Source: Lama glama (taxonomy: Eukaryota). Taken from it: a DNA stretch of 64,000 bases. This document shows positions 10,526 through 22,883 of the stretch, piece by piece (position 1 is the stretch's first letter; every line of letters starts with the position of its first letter). Below the pieces are notes generated by a model that was not told the origin of the DNA, did not search any database, and saw nothing but the letters and a program-made list of their open reading frames with translations. Made by a program: the position numbers and the translations under genes. The stretch covers positions 10,356,001 to 10,420,000 of the forward strand of contig CM052832.1 of the NCBI GenBank assembly GCA_028534125.1. Reading direction: 5' to 3'.

Positions 10526-11639
10526 TGACACCTCCCAGCATGGTCAGAAAAACAAAAAAACCCCACAAAACCATGGAAAGATAGGCTAAAAACACAACTT
10601 GATGGAGTGGCCAATACTGATGGCTGGAAAGTGGTCACTGTATGAGTGTCTAGGGGACTGATCTGAACAGGAGAGGTGAAGCGGGGCTCCGACAGAGAGA
10701 GCTCCTGAAGTCTGAAAACCCAGTCCCAATGGCAGCTGCTGCCATTCTGACATGCTGTTTGTGGGACTATTTCAGCAAGTATTGTACTAAAGAACAGCTA
10801 TTTATTTGCAGGACCTGGGAGCTCTTGAAAGTCAGGGCTCCTCTCTCCTTTATCTTGTAACCACCTTATAAGGAACAGTTTCCTGACAACTGGTCAACTG
10901 TATAAATTTTAGCTTCTTTCATAAGGGACTGCTCATTCAGACTGGATTTTGGGGAGGGAGGGATGAGTTCTGTTTGCCTAGTTTTGTCCAATGTGGGCAG
11001 GAGGAAATGGGCTCTAATAGTCCAATAGGGTCTATCCATCCAGAGGTCTGTGAATGACAATACTTAGGGTTGGCCCTTAAACTTGGGACTTTACAGAGAT
11101 GATGAAATGATTTGTGGATGTGAATGTCTGGATTTTTGTAAGGATGCAGGCAGATGTACATAGTACATGCACAGACAATAAACTAGCAAGGATATAGAGG
11201 AAGTATATTAGTCTCTAAGTCCCCACACTAAGGAACGAGGCTAATCCTTACCTAGAACGCTAGGATGCTAACTCCGTGGCTCTGTGCTCCAGAACCCTCC
11301 TTCCCGAGTTTCGGCCACCACTTACACACTTTCTCAAACACTCACTAGGAGCCCAAAGAACTAGATCTCAGTCTACTTCCAGGGGTGGGTTGCCTCTCCT
11401 CAACACACTGCAAAATTCTGACTCTGGTGGGACATTGCCACAGCCCTGGTCTCCAATCTGAGAGCCTCCCAGGGTGCCTTCCCTCTGTTGGGACCAGTGG
11501 GACTCTGCCCTGCTCTGTTTTCTAGCTCTGCTTATGGAAATGAGAAGAATCATTCATCTCAGTCCTGTTTTCTGGGATGAAGATGGTTCTCAGAGTCTGA
11601 ACTAGGGATGGAGTGCCCAGGCAGGTCCCGTGCGCCCAC

Positions 11640-12052
11640 TGTGGTGGACGCTGTGCCCTGCCTGTCCCCCGGGTACTCTGGTTTCTGCACATACCAATAG
11701 CTTCTCATGGCAAACACCACTGCCCTCTGCTCCAGGGAATTCTCTGGCTGCTGGAGATTAGGTGACTCAGGGAGGGGACAGACCAGAAGTGTTGGGAAAT
11801 TAATCTATGGGAAGAGCCCTCAACAAATAACAAATGAGAGTTAGAGGATAAATACCCCAGTTCCTTGTCCCTGTGACATGTTACGGGTGCTGTCCCAGAG
11901 GGTACCCATTGGAATCGAGCTCATTAACACGCTCATTCCCAGCCTTACTTCCCCACTCTGCTGCTGCTGCTTCCTGGGCTCACTTCCCAAACAAACCACT
12001 TGCACTGAGTCCTTGCCTCAGCCTCTGCTTCTGGGAAACCCCACTAGGACCT
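11640..12052 (+). mobile_element. ERVL solo LTR, LTR16 family
   Basis: Starts 'tgtggtggacgctgtg'; contains 'ggataaataccccag'; ends 'cacttcccaaacaaaccacttgcactgagtccttgcctcagcctctgcttctgggaaaccc'. Confidence 0.8.
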
Positions 12053-12809
12053 CCCTTAAAATATCCCTCCCTCTCAACCCGGCAGCCCGTGTGTCCCTGC
12101 TGACAGATTGAGTGATGCTTTGCAAATACCAGCGGGCAGCTTCCCTCTTAGCTAGTCTGTCCTCTGTGTAACTCAGGCCTTTGGGATTTGTGGATCCAGA
12201 GAATATTAGTCAAATGTGCTCATTCTGCTGCCTGAGCAAGACTTAAGCAAACTCATATTACTCACTGCAATGCAAGTTCTCCTGTGAGCTCCTGGGGATC
12301 TTTGAGGATGGGCACCTTGGGGAGGAATTTACCTTCACTTATATCTGGACCCAGCATGGGCTCAAATTCAATGTCAGCTCTAGTGTACTAGCTCTCTCGT
12401 GGCTGCAGTCCCTCCAGGCAGTGTCCTCCCAAGGACTGTGTGGGGCTTCCTTATTCCCAGCCCAGCCTCTCTCAAGGGATAGACTTTTCTTTCTTTTGTT
12501 TTTTGGTTCATTCTTGATGGAATAAATAGGAACATTTTAGTTAAGAGAAATTCTGACTTGAAAGATGCCAGATAAACCAGCACTGATAGAATTTTTGCAG
12601 CCTATTTGAAAACTTCATGTTGCGTTCAATTATGATTTCTAAATGATGGAGTTTTCAACATTATGGAGCTCAGGGAACTGCCCTGGCACTTCTGTTGTCT
12701 TTAGTCAGAAGGGGAGCAGATTGAGACTCCTCGGGTTCCAGGCCTGGCTCTGCCCCATGTCCTCATCTCGGCACTGACTCCTGTACCCGCTGCCTCCTGT
12801 CCACCGTCA

Positions 12810-13692
12810 CCCAACATCTAACCCAAACGCCCTCTCCCACAGTCTCCTCCATCATGGTTGATGGCAGCTCCTCCTTCTGGTAGATTGATCCAAAACCCTT
12901 AGGGTTATTAGGATTCCTCTCTTCCTCTCACACCTCCCATCCCAGCCTTCAGTAGATACTGTTGCACTGATCCTCCAAACTGATTACATCTCCCACTTCC
13001 ACTGCTGCCTCTCTGGTCTGAGCCATCGTTCTTTCTTGCCTAGATTGCTCAGTAGCAAAATCTCCTACGCTGGTCCCCCAGTCTTACTCTTGCTACCCTT
13101 TTGTCTATTCACAGCATAGCAGCCAATTAAAACCCAAGTCAGAACAGATCCTGTCCCTGCCCTGAACCCTCCAGTGGCTTGCCTCCCACTCGAGTAAAGG
13201 TCAGGTCCTTACAATGGCCTCCAGTCCCTGTCAGAACTACCCCCAGACCTCTCCATCCTTCTCTGACTTCAACTCCTCTACTCGCCTCCTGATCAACTCC
13301 ACTCCGGCTGCTGGGCCGTCCTCCTTGCTTCTCTTCTAACATCCAGCCGTGCCCCTGCCTTAGGGAATCTGAACTTACTGTCCCCTTTGCCTGGAAGATT
13401 TTTCCCCCAGAAGAGGCTCCCTCACTTCCTTCAGGCCTCTTCTCAAATGTTTCCCTGCTTAAAATTGCCCTCACCTCCAAACCACTCTACCCCCTCCTCT
13501 GCTTTGTTTTTCTCTCTGGCACACCTGACCATCTGGCATCTGCATCCATTTCTTGGTTATCGTGTCTGTATCCAGCTAGAACAGAAGCTCCTTGAGAGCA
13601 GGCACCATGCTTGTCCATCTTCATATCCTAGCGATTACAACAAGGCTTGGCAAGTGCTAGGTGTTCAGTAGGTGTTTGTTGAAGGATAAATA
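12810..13692 (+). mobile_element. L2a LINE (3' ~0.9 kb)
   Basis: 'caaaacccttagggttatt...tccactgctgcctctctggtctgagccatc...ccctccagtggcttgcc...gtgttcagtaggtgtttgttgaaggataaa'. Confidence 0.9.
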
Positions 13693-14487
13693 CGTGTATA
13701 ATAGGATGTGATTTCGAGTGAGCCATTCAATCTCCTGGTCCTCAGTATTGGGGAAAGCCACCCTAAGTGATTTCCAGCGTCCTGTTCCAACCCTTGCTCT
13801 CCGGCATCATGGAGAAGCCCCTCTGTGAAGCAGCTCTGAGACCTGGGATGTCCCCAGCGTTCATCAGCCACATCAGGATGGTGGAGCTTCTGGCTTTTTC
13901 AGCTGAGGGATCGTTTAGTGGGAAGAGAAAGCAGGCAAGGTCATAGCTGTATTTACCCTGTGCATCTATCAGAGTGGACAGTAGAGGCAGGAATCCCTAC
14001 AATCCACCAGTGAGGGCAGCCAAAGGCTGTGCCCACTGACCTCTGTCTAACTTGCTCTAACCCTGGAGTTGAAATTTTAAGTGCCTGTAGCAGCACAGAC
14101 AGGTGTGTGTGGGGGGACCCAAGAGCCTAAAGAATAAGGACCCAGGAATATGAGCCCATGACACCCAGGCAGTTCCACCTGAGCCCATTTCAGGTGCACG
14201 GCCCTGCCCTCCCTTGTGCAGCCCTTTCTCTTGGACACTGTCACGGCCGCTGCCTGGGGATCTGAATGGAGGCAGCACCCGTCAGTTGAGGGGCTGGGCT
14301 GGGGGTGAAGTGCAGGTGCGGGACAGGAGGTGTCTCCCTTTTACAGCAGGGCATGTTTGGGGACAGGATGGGGCTGGCTGCCTCTCCCCTTGCTCTGATT
14401 GGACTGGCTGAACTGGAGCCCTATTGGCCACCTACCCTCAATCCTCCCTCCACACAGCAGCCGGAATGATGTTTCCAAATAATAATC

Positions 14488-14935
14488 TGTGACTGTTACT
14501 TTTATGTGTCAACTTGAAGCCACGCTTTCCTTGGGCTAAGGAAAGGATGCCCAGATGGCTGGTTTAATGTTGTTTCTTGGTGTGTCTCAGAGGGTGTTTC
14601 TGGACGAGATTAGCATTTGCAGTGGTGGACTGAGTAAAGCAGATGCCACTGGGGGTGGGCATTGTCCAATACATCGAGGGCCTGAATAGAACAAAGGTGG
14701 AGGAGGGTTGAATTCGCACTCTTCCTAACTGCTTGAGCTGGGACGTCCATCATCTCCTGCCCTCAGTTCCTGGTTCTTCAGGCTCCAGACTCAGACTAGA
14801 ATCTATACCATTGGCTCCCTGGCTCTCGGGCCTTTGAGCTATACCACTGGTTTCCTGGGTCTCCAGCTTGTGGATGGCAGATTGTGGGACTTCTGTAATC
14901 ATGTGAGTCAGTTTTTTTTTTTAATAATGAATCAC
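14488..14935 (+). mobile_element. ERVL solo LTR, MLT2 (MLT2C/D-like), 3' terminus missing
   Basis: 'tgtgactgttacttttatgtgtcaacttga...ggactgagtaaagcagat...gagggcctgaatagaacaaagg...gggtctccagcttg...gcagattgtgggacttct'. Confidence 0.9.
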
Positions 14936-14956
14936 ATTTTATATATATAAAATGTG

Positions 14957-14960
<4 letters not shown>

Positions 14961-14993
<33 letters not shown>
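14961..14993. repeat. (AT)16 microsatellite
   Basis: Read directly. Confidence 0.97.
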
Positions 14994-14999
<6 letters not shown>

Positions 15000-15684
15000 G
15001 TTGTTGTCCTGCTCAAAGCTCCTTCCTTGTTCCCCAGGGCTCTTAAGACAAAAATCCAATCTCTGTAACATCAGTTTGGCACATAAGGCCTTTCATGAGC
15101 TGGCCCTCGGCTGCCTCCCAGCCTCCTCATCCTCCTGTCCCTCCTGCGGAAGCATCGGGCCTCCCTCCTCTGCTCCTCCGTGAGGCCCTGTTAGCCTCTC
15201 ATCACACGATTCACACAACATTGTAATCACCTGCCTCCCCCTCTGGACCATGAGCTCCTCAAAGGCAGGGGTTGGGCTAAATAGATATTGAATCTTTGAT
15301 ACTTGCCCTGTGCCTAGCCCATGGAGAGCTCAGAAGAGTCTGTGTGTGTGTCCTTGTGCACACACACGCATGCACACATATTTGTGTAAAATGAATGGAT
15401 GAAGCCCAGTTTCACAGAGTCCAGGATATGAACCTACTTTTCCTCTCTCTCTTTGTGGCTGCTGAGGGTGGAAGTGGCCAGGGTGGGCCCTCCAGTTCCC
15501 CTCTCCAGCTTCTGCCCTGAGAGCTGCTTCTTACCTCGCCGTACAAGGGGCCCCACAACCCCCAATACATCTCCTTACTCCACACTCACCCAGACTCAGA
15601 GAGCTGGTGCCTCCCTCCCTTCCCAAGCCCCACTTCGTACACAGAGAGAGTGACCTCTCTTGGGCCCGGCTCTGTAGTAGATAC

Positions 15685-16025
15685 AGTTGGTGCTGTCACC
15701 AACTGGCTCTGTGACCTTGAGCGAGTCACTTAACCTCTCTGAGTCTCAGCCTCAGGGAGACCACACAGGCCCTCAGGTTGGACATTGCACAACTACGGAC
15801 TGTGCAGCGCATCAGATGGCGCTTCTGGTTGGAGCAATGCAGTGACCCACCTCAGGTTCATCCCAGCAAGGTGGCAATACTACTGGGTGGGTGACAGGCT
15901 CAGATGTAACGTAACGTGTAGAACACCTAGAGCATATGGTGTCCAGACCTGGACACTTCATAAGCACTCAGTTAAGTGGCAGCCTTTAGAGTTGTTTTAT
16001 TATCATTATCATAAATATTATTATT
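15685..16025 (+). mobile_element. MIR SINE interrupted by a MER91-like MITE
   Basis: 'gctctgtgaccttgagcgagtcacttaacctctctgagtctcag' ... tail 'gtagaacacctagagca...taagcactcagttaagtggcag...tattatcattatc'. Confidence 0.8.
15753..15850. mobile_element. MER91-like hAT-Tip100 MITE
   Basis: 'caggg...caggttggacattgcacaact...atggcgcttctgg...gcaatgcagtgaccc' with degenerate 8-bp flanks ctcagcct/ctcaggtt. Confidence 0.55.
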
Positions 16026-16574
16026 ACGTAAGTAGTGCTAGCTTCCTCCTCCTCTGATTCGGAGTGTATGTTTGCAGCTTCCCTAGGGGTTGGTGGCAAG
16101 TTGAGGGTTTTAGCCTCGCACAATGATTCCTGAGCTGGGTGGTCGCAGCAGTGTGGACCAGTTCATCACAAGGAGGAGGTCTCTGTTGCCCACCAGTGGT
16201 CCCCACTGATTGGGGGAACCAAGCCTGCTGCCATGACCTTCTGGGCTGAAATGAAACACATACACAGATGCACTCAGAGAAGAACCATCTGCTTTTTCCT
16301 CAGGGGCTCTGGTCATAAATGCAAACATTGATGCATTTGATTGGCTGAGTTGCAACTGGGTGTTGTGCCCTCTAATCTAATCATCCCCTGGCACCATGCA
16401 AGGGAGGGCCTTGGTGCCCATTCTGCTGGGACAGCCCATGATGAGTATTCCCTAGGTTTCTAGAGTCCCCCATGAATGTGTGCCTTCTTTCTTCGTGTAG
16501 TCCCTCTAACCCAGTGTCAGCCTCCCAGCTTTTAGGGCTCTCTGTCTTTCTCAGCAGAAGTTCCCTTTTCTGAT

Positions 16575-16654
16575 GACTCTGCACTTATGTAACCTTAAAG
16601 TAAGTGCCTTTTAAAATGTTGCACCCTAGATGTCTCACTCTAGTTCTGGCCCTG
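16575..16654. mobile_element. MER53-like hAT MITE half
   Basis: 'gtaagtgccttttaaaatgttgcaccctagatgtctcactctagttctggccctg' resembles a MER53 terminal arm. Confidence 0.6.
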
Positions 16655-16794
16655 CTTCTGTCTTGCAAATACTCACCATCTCTATCTTGGTTTGTGAATT
16701 GAAGCTCTTCCTTCACTTGACACTTCTTAGGCAACACTTGGTTTCTCCCCAGATAAGGAAGGTGGGGAGAGCATTGAGCCCCAAGGAAAGAGGA

Positions 16795-17082
16795 TGTCTT
16801 AGTCCCTTGGGGCTGCTGTAACAGATATGCCATGTACTGGGGGCTTAAACAACAGGCATTTATTTCTTACAGTTCTGGAGGCTGGGAAGTTCAAGATCAA
16901 GGAGCCAGTAAATCCAGTGTCTTGTGAGGACTCTTGGTTTCGGCTGTCCATATTCTCACCGTAGGGCTCCACCCTCATGACCTAATTAGCTCCCAAAGGC
17001 CCATCCTTCTAAAACCATCACATTGGGGGGTAAAATTTCATCATATGAATTTTGGGGAGACACAAACATTTGGTCCACGGCA
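16795..17082 (-). mobile_element. MaLR solo LTR (MLT1A/MST-like) with internal deletion
   Basis: 'tgtcttagtccc...ggctgctgtaaca...ggcttaaacaacaggcatttatttcttacagttctggaggctgggaagttcaagatcaagg...tatgaattttggggagacacaaacatt'. Confidence 0.9.
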
Positions 17083-17274
17083 GAGAGGAAGGAACTCCTT
17101 ATCTCTATCCTTCATGCTGTGCTACAGTTGGATTTTTTTTTATCCCTTCTCCTCAAGTGTCTGAATACAGGTAGACCATCTGGCACCATGGGGGCTGGTT
17201 TCTCTGCCCAAAACCATGATCAGATCTACATAGGAGAGTCATGTTCTCCCCACTGCCATTATTCCAACTTTATT

Positions 17275-17437
17275 AAGCTTAAAATTGAATGTGCATCCGA
17301 ATCATCTGGAGGGCTTGTTAAAACAAATCGCTGGCTCTGAATTTCTGAGTCAGTAGGTCTGAGGTGGGGCCTCACATTTGCATCCTACACCTGATGCTGA
17401 TGCTGCTGGTCCAGGCACCACGTTTTGAGAACCACTG
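17275..17437. mobile_element. MER5A-type hAT-Charlie MITE
   Basis: 'gaatcatctggagggcttgttaaaaca...tctgagtcagtaggtctgaggtggggcc...tgatgctgctggtcc...ttgagaaccactg'. Confidence 0.88.
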
Positions 17438-17689
17438 AGCCTCTCTCCCAGCTTTGGGTTAAGTAACAAAAGCCTCTTCTGCAAGCTTGAAGGCAGGATT
17501 CCTTTGACTGCAAAGTGCATGTGGGGTTGGGGAAAGGGAGGGAGAGGAGAAGAGAAGCTCCCTCATGTTCTTACGGTTATAGTTGCACACAAAAATGTTA
17601 GCTATTAATGAGCTCCGTAATGGACAAAGTGTTGTGCCCAAATATGACAAGGACGAGATGGCCGGGTTCAGTAAAGTGCCCAAAATGCC

Positions 17690-18010
17690 TTATATTATTA
17701 GCACAGCACTTTGTAGTTGACAAAGGGCTTCCACATGCATTTTCTAACCTGATCCTTAGAGAGACCCCCGGGAAGTGGGCAAGGCATATATCATCACCCC
17801 ATTTTGCAGCTGGGGAATCACAAGGGGAATTAACCGTTTTGCTTGCCAGCCGTGTTCCAGGCAAGAAGCTTGGCTAGTCCTCACAACCACCCTCAGAAAT
17901 AGGTATTATTACCACGTAGATCATGGGGCTTGGGGCTGAGAAGCTGAATGATTTGTCCAAGGCTGTGCATTTCATTAGCAGCAGAGCCAGCACTAAAATC
18001 AATTTCTTCT
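17690..18010 (-). mobile_element. Two MIR fragments
   Basis: 'catcaccccattttgcagctggggaa' and 'tcctcacaaccaccctcagaaataggtattatt...gctgagaagctgaatgatttgtccaaggct'. Confidence 0.7.
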
Positions 18011-18800
18011 TAGTCTCTTCAGGACTCTTTCTGAGACACTATTTTGTGTATATAACTGGGGTGAAATTTATAACAATTCAAGTAGTTGTAACTAAAGAGA
18101 ATTTTTTTTTTTGCCCTTTCAGATTCTGTCTTTCCTCCTCTCTCTGCATTGTTTTTTCAATCTAGATTTTTGATCCTTTGTGACACAGAATCAAGATACC
18201 AGGGAGAGAGTGTTGGAACCAGGGGCTAAGCTGCTCTACATTAAGAAGAGGGAGTAAGGGGAGGTGGAGTGGTTGGGGAAGGCCTTCTGTGCTGCATGTT
18301 GAAAGTTTTGTGGGTTTGGCAAGTGGGAGACTCCAGAGCAGCTGCCAGGTGGGAACTGGGAGGAGAGAGGGATTTCACAGTATGTCTCTGGAATTTAAAT
18401 TGGATCCCCTATTACTGTTCTTTAAGAGATGCAGGGAAAATTGACATAAATGTAAAATTACTTTTGGCTACTGAGCTGTGCTCATTTATATGTGATGCTG
18501 TGCAGAAAATGGGTCACATGGGACCTCAGCTTATATTAAGGTACATGTGTTTGAAAGTGAAGATGTTTGAATGTGAACGATAAGGTATAAAAAATGATTC
18601 AGTGGCAGAGATACTAAGACTGGGAAGGAAAGCGATAAGGGGAGAAAGAGAAACAAAAGAAAGAAACAGGGAAGGAAAAAAGGGGGAAAGTATTAGAAGA
18701 ATGGACAAAAGGGTAAATACACAGAGCAGTATCTGGGAAAGAGAAGCTAATTGGTATCAGGTAAATTTGTCTCCTACCTGTATTCCCAGGCTCTCTGTGG

Positions 18801-19540
18801 TGGTGTTTCTCAAACTGTTTCAAGTGTGATTAACCATTAGGAATATATTTTCCATTGCTGCTCACTACTTATACACATACATAAATGGAAAAAAATAGTT
18901 TTTTGTTTGTTTGTTTCTCAGGAACTAACGCTTAACCTTTCTGGCCCCCTATGAGCCACATTTACTGGTATTCGTGTCCTGTGTAGTCCCCTCCTACAGT
19001 GACTCTGAGATTGGCCAGGCTACTGGCTTCAACCAGCAAGACATTAGCAAGGGTGATACAAAGGGATAAGCACTCTGGGGCTTGTCCTCTGGGAAGTGTG
19101 CTCTTGGGATGTACCCTTCTTGGAACCCAGAAGTCAGACTGCGGAAGCCCAAACTAGCCATACAGAGAGGCCACTGGTTGGAACGCTGAGGCCCTAACTG
19201 GGCTCCCAGCTGACAACCAGCCACAGAAACGAGGCATCTTGGAAGTGGGTCCTCCAGTCCCAGTTGAGCCACGGCAACAGATGCCCATGGAGCGTAGATG
19301 AGCTCTCTTCACTGGGCTCTGCCCAGATTTCAGAATTATGAGTAAATAAATGCTGTTGTTTGAAGCCCACCAAGTTTTGAGTTGGGTTTTCTAAGCAACA
19401 AGGGCTAACTACACATACTAATTACATGCAGTGTGCCATGGTATTTTCTACTGCATTCAATTCTGTTTTATTTTTCAAAATGTTCAATTGATTCCGTGAC
19501 TCATCAGTGAGTCATAAGCCACAGTTTGAAAAGTGCCATT
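18801..19540. mobile_element. MER112-like hAT-Charlie element split by an MLT1 LTR
   Basis: 5' 'gtgtttctcaaactg...aggaatatatttt...acacatacataaa' and 3' 'aattgattccgtgactcatcagtgagtcataagccacagtttgaaaa'. Confidence 0.65.
18940..19415 (+). mobile_element. MaLR solo LTR (MLT1G/H-like)
   Basis: 'cttggaacccag...gaagcccaaactagcca...ctcccagctgacaaccagc...ccagatttcagaattatgagtaaataaatgctgttgtttgaagcc...aagttttgagttgg'. Confidence 0.85.
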
Positions 19541-20006
19541 CTAATCAATGGCAGATGGGTTGGAGCCAGTCTGTCTTCCAGCCTCTCCCTCTATCCTGTT
19601 GCTTTTAGGATCATGACATATAAGAGATGAGAAGTAATCTCAAGATGTCACCCAGGACAGAACTATGTCTTACAAAAGGCTTACCCTAAAGCCGTCAGGG
19701 TCTCCAGGTAGACAATTATATTCAGTAGATAATTTTATTCAGGGCAAGCGTTTAGCACTTTTGCAGGCCTGGCTCTGAATCCTGTAAGCACAGTTTACAA
19801 CCAAGCATAGTCTACTGGTACCCAAGATACTGAATTTATCCCCACAAATGGAGAATGGATATTACTCCACTCACCCTTGCCCCATATCCCCAGCCTATGA
19901 CATCTACTTCTCAAGTCTCTGGGTTAAGATGAAGCAAGCATCTTGCAATGTCATTCAAGCTTCCTGTAACACAGTCCTGCCAAATACACAGTTTTCTCCC
20001 TCTATT

Positions 20007-20200
20007 ACAGCAATTCTTATCTCATGTTCCCCATACAAAATGCATCAAAACCTCCAGGGGAGCTTGTTAAATGCATATTCCCAGGCCCCACTATGCGATA
20101 TGGCCTCAACAGAAAATCTGGAGAGTGGCACCTGGACATATGCATTTTAATGAACTCCCCAGCTAGTTCTGCTGCACGTGGGCTTAAAGGTGAAACTATC
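20007..20200. mobile_element. MER5A/B-type MITE
   Basis: 'ggagcttgttaaatgcatattcccaggcccca...tgcattttaatgaactccccagctagttctg'. Confidence 0.7.
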
Positions 20201-20234
20201 CTAAGGGCTACAGTCTGGATCAGTCCACTTCATT

Positions 20235-20463
20235 CAGCCTTTCCTACCTCAAGTCATAGTAAGAAATACATCCACATTCTGTCCCCATGCACACATATGG
20301 ATATGTAAAGAAACAAGTTTCTCCACACTCTACAGCTGATGTACACTGCACTTTGACTTTTCTATCCTGCTTTACTTTGTTGTTTTCAAAGATTGGTTGT
20401 AATTCATTAAACTGATTTTCTGATTCACCAATGGGTCACACTGTACAGTTGGTTACAAACCTG
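20235..20463. mobile_element. Second MER112-like element
   Basis: 'catagtaagaaatacat...aaactgattttctgattcaccaatgggtcacactgtacagtt'. Confidence 0.65.
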
Positions 20464-21557
20464 GCCTAAGCAAACACAGACTATGTGTCTATTCTGTAGA
20501 CATAGTGGACTCTTCAGAGTTTTGCTATAATAATGATCGTTTAGAGTTGCAAGCCTGGTCTCCATCTTTTCCCAATGAGCCCTTTGATTTTATTGCTGAC
20601 AGGGGTTATATTCACGTGGCACTTACTTAACTACTTTCCTCTTTGTTGGTGCCGGATCTCCAGCTGAGCCCCTAGGCTGCAGCGCAGGGTGCAGCTGAAT
20701 CGAGGGGGTGGCCTGGGGCTCCCTCTGGGGCTCAGTTTGCAAGAACCAGTAGGTCCAGGAGTTTTTGGTTGCAGGGAGAAGGACATAGGACAGGGTGGGA
20801 CAGTGCAGGGGTGTGATGGCTAGCTTCTGCTTTTTTATTGTTCCTGGGTCCTCAGGAAGCAGGAGTTGGCATTCCAAGTCCAAGAATGGGCTCCATGAAG
20901 GGCCGTGGGAGCCTCCTACAAGGGCAGAGCTTCTCCAGTGTCCAACTGCTCCAAGCACCTGGGAGGCATCTCTCAGGACTCCCAGAAACGAACTGGAGAA
21001 GATTGTGCTCTCCGGTAATGTCAGTAACCTCCTTTTGGATTGATATTTTCATCTATGTCACTTCTTGGGCTAAGTTTCTTAGATTCACTGCCTTCTGTGT
21101 CAATAGGACTTGCTTGTCCCTAACCTGCCTCTTTTGGATACAAAGTGGGTGACTCTCACAGGCTTCTCCAGGACTGGGGACCAGTCCTTGTTCCCTGTCC
21201 CACCCTGCATCTCAGCTTCATTCTTCAGTGGGATGAGGCCCGTTCTTCTCTGTCCTCAGACTTTAGCCTCTCAATCTCCTCCATCATTTCTGACATTTGA
21301 GACAGCCACTGAAATCAAAACAGATTCAAAAATGTGTCATTTATGGTGTCCAAGAAAGCTAAACAGATCTCCAAATGATTGATTTAGTGGTTGCAGCTGG
21401 GCCTGGATGCAGACAGACAGCTAATGAGGTAATTTTTCTAAATGCAAAATGTAAACAAGATAACAGCTCCCTCCCTCTCTCTTTGAGTCTCTCTGGGTTT
21501 CTCTCCCCCTCCTTCAATTTTCTGCAGAGATGCACATACTAATTTGCATTTTTATTC

Positions 21558-21972
21558 TGTTGTGGGTTGAATTGTATCCCCTCAAAATGATATGTTGGGA
21601 GTCCTAATGCCCAGTACTTCAGAATGTGGCCTTATTTGGAGATGGGGTGGTTACAGAGGTTGATCAAGTTAAAACGAGGTCATTACAGTGAGTCTTAATC
21701 CAGTATGACGGGCGCCCTTATGAAAAGGGGACAATTTGTTTGTGGAGAGAGGCATGCCTTGAGGGAAGATGCTATAAAGAGACACAGAGAGGACGTCATC
21801 TACAAGCCTGGAACAGCTCCTTCCCTCACAGCCCTCAGAAGGAACCAACCCTGCAGACACCTTGATCTTGGGCTTCCAGCCTCCAGAGCTGTGAGGCTGT
21901 ACATTTTTATTGTTTAAGCCACCCACCCAGTCTGCGGTACTTTGTTGAAGGCAGCCCCGGCAAACTAATACA
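21558..21972 (+). mobile_element. Complete MaLR solo LTR (MLT1B-like)
   Basis: TG...CA termini: 'tgttgtgggttgaattgtatcccc' to 'gcagccccggcaaactaataca'; internal 'ccctcagaaggaaccaaccctgcagacaccttgatcttgggcttccagcctccagagctgtgag'. Confidence 0.93.
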
Positions 21973-22039
21973 CATGCATTTAAAATTGCTTGCTTCTGTG
22001 TTCTCTCTGGGCAAAGAAGGTGACGATTTCCTGTGAAGC

Positions 22040-22883
22040 TGGTGAGGCTTATGGTTCAGGGCCCTCAGCCGCACTGGCCCCTCCAAAGCCCTGGCAGGAC
22101 TGCCCATGATGTCCTGACGTGGTCATGAGTATCTGTAAAATGTGCAGATGACATTTAAATTGCTGACTCTTCACTACAGCTTTCCCTCCAGCACACTTTC
22201 CGTCAAGTCAGGTGGCTTTCAGGTGGCCACATGGGATTCTTAGACCCAATTAAAGGAATTTGAGTTGAGAGTGTAGACAGTTCGGGTTTGGTGGGATACA
22301 TGTTTGGTTGTGGTCACTTCCACATATAATTAAATTTGCTGGCCACCCCGGTGGAGGACTGCCTTTCCAGGGATGCTTCTGCTGCCCTCTGTGTCCATTC
22401 ACCCTGTGATGGGACACAGTGGTGTAGGCCCAAGTCATGTCACTGCGTGAGCAGGACTCACGGCACCCAGCACCGGAAGTGTGTGGGTAGTGGAGAAAAA
22501 TCAGATTTGAAATATGGAGCCAGAAGCTAGTCTATGGAAATTTTTCCAATCATCAAATGTGTAAGATTAGTCGTTATAAATTTAGTATTAGAGGGGTATG
22601 ACAATTTCTTTAATTAAAAATAATTAAATAACATTTTACTAAATAGTTATTATAATCATTAATTATTATTAAATAATTTAATGAATACAAATGTATTTTT
22701 CTGGATTGTGTGACACTTGTAGTATTTGCTTTTTAGAATTCATAATTTGTTACGATTTCTTTTCTTATTCGAAATATTTGCTTTTGTACCTGATTTTGTG
22801 TTTCTAATACTGTGGTCTTTTCTTTAAAGGGGCTCCTAAAATTGTACCAGCTTCAGGCTCTATGCAGCTTAGATCCAGTACTG
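22040..22883. mobile_element. Zaphod/MER115-like hAT-Tip100 element
   Basis: Terminal 'ttctttaaaggggctcctaaaattgtaccagcttcaggctctatgcagcttagatccagtactg' and internal 'cccagcaccggaagtgtgtgggtagtggag...gagccagaagctagtctatggaaa'. Confidence 0.75.

Larger units (their letters stand above)
14430..15403 (+). mobile_element. L2 LINE split by an MLT2 LTR insertion
   Basis: 'tccacacagcagccggaatgatgtttccaaa' before the LTR; 'cctgctcaaagctcctt...aaggcctttcatgagctggccc...tgagctcctcaaaggcagg...atgaatggatgaa' after it. Confidence 0.7.
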
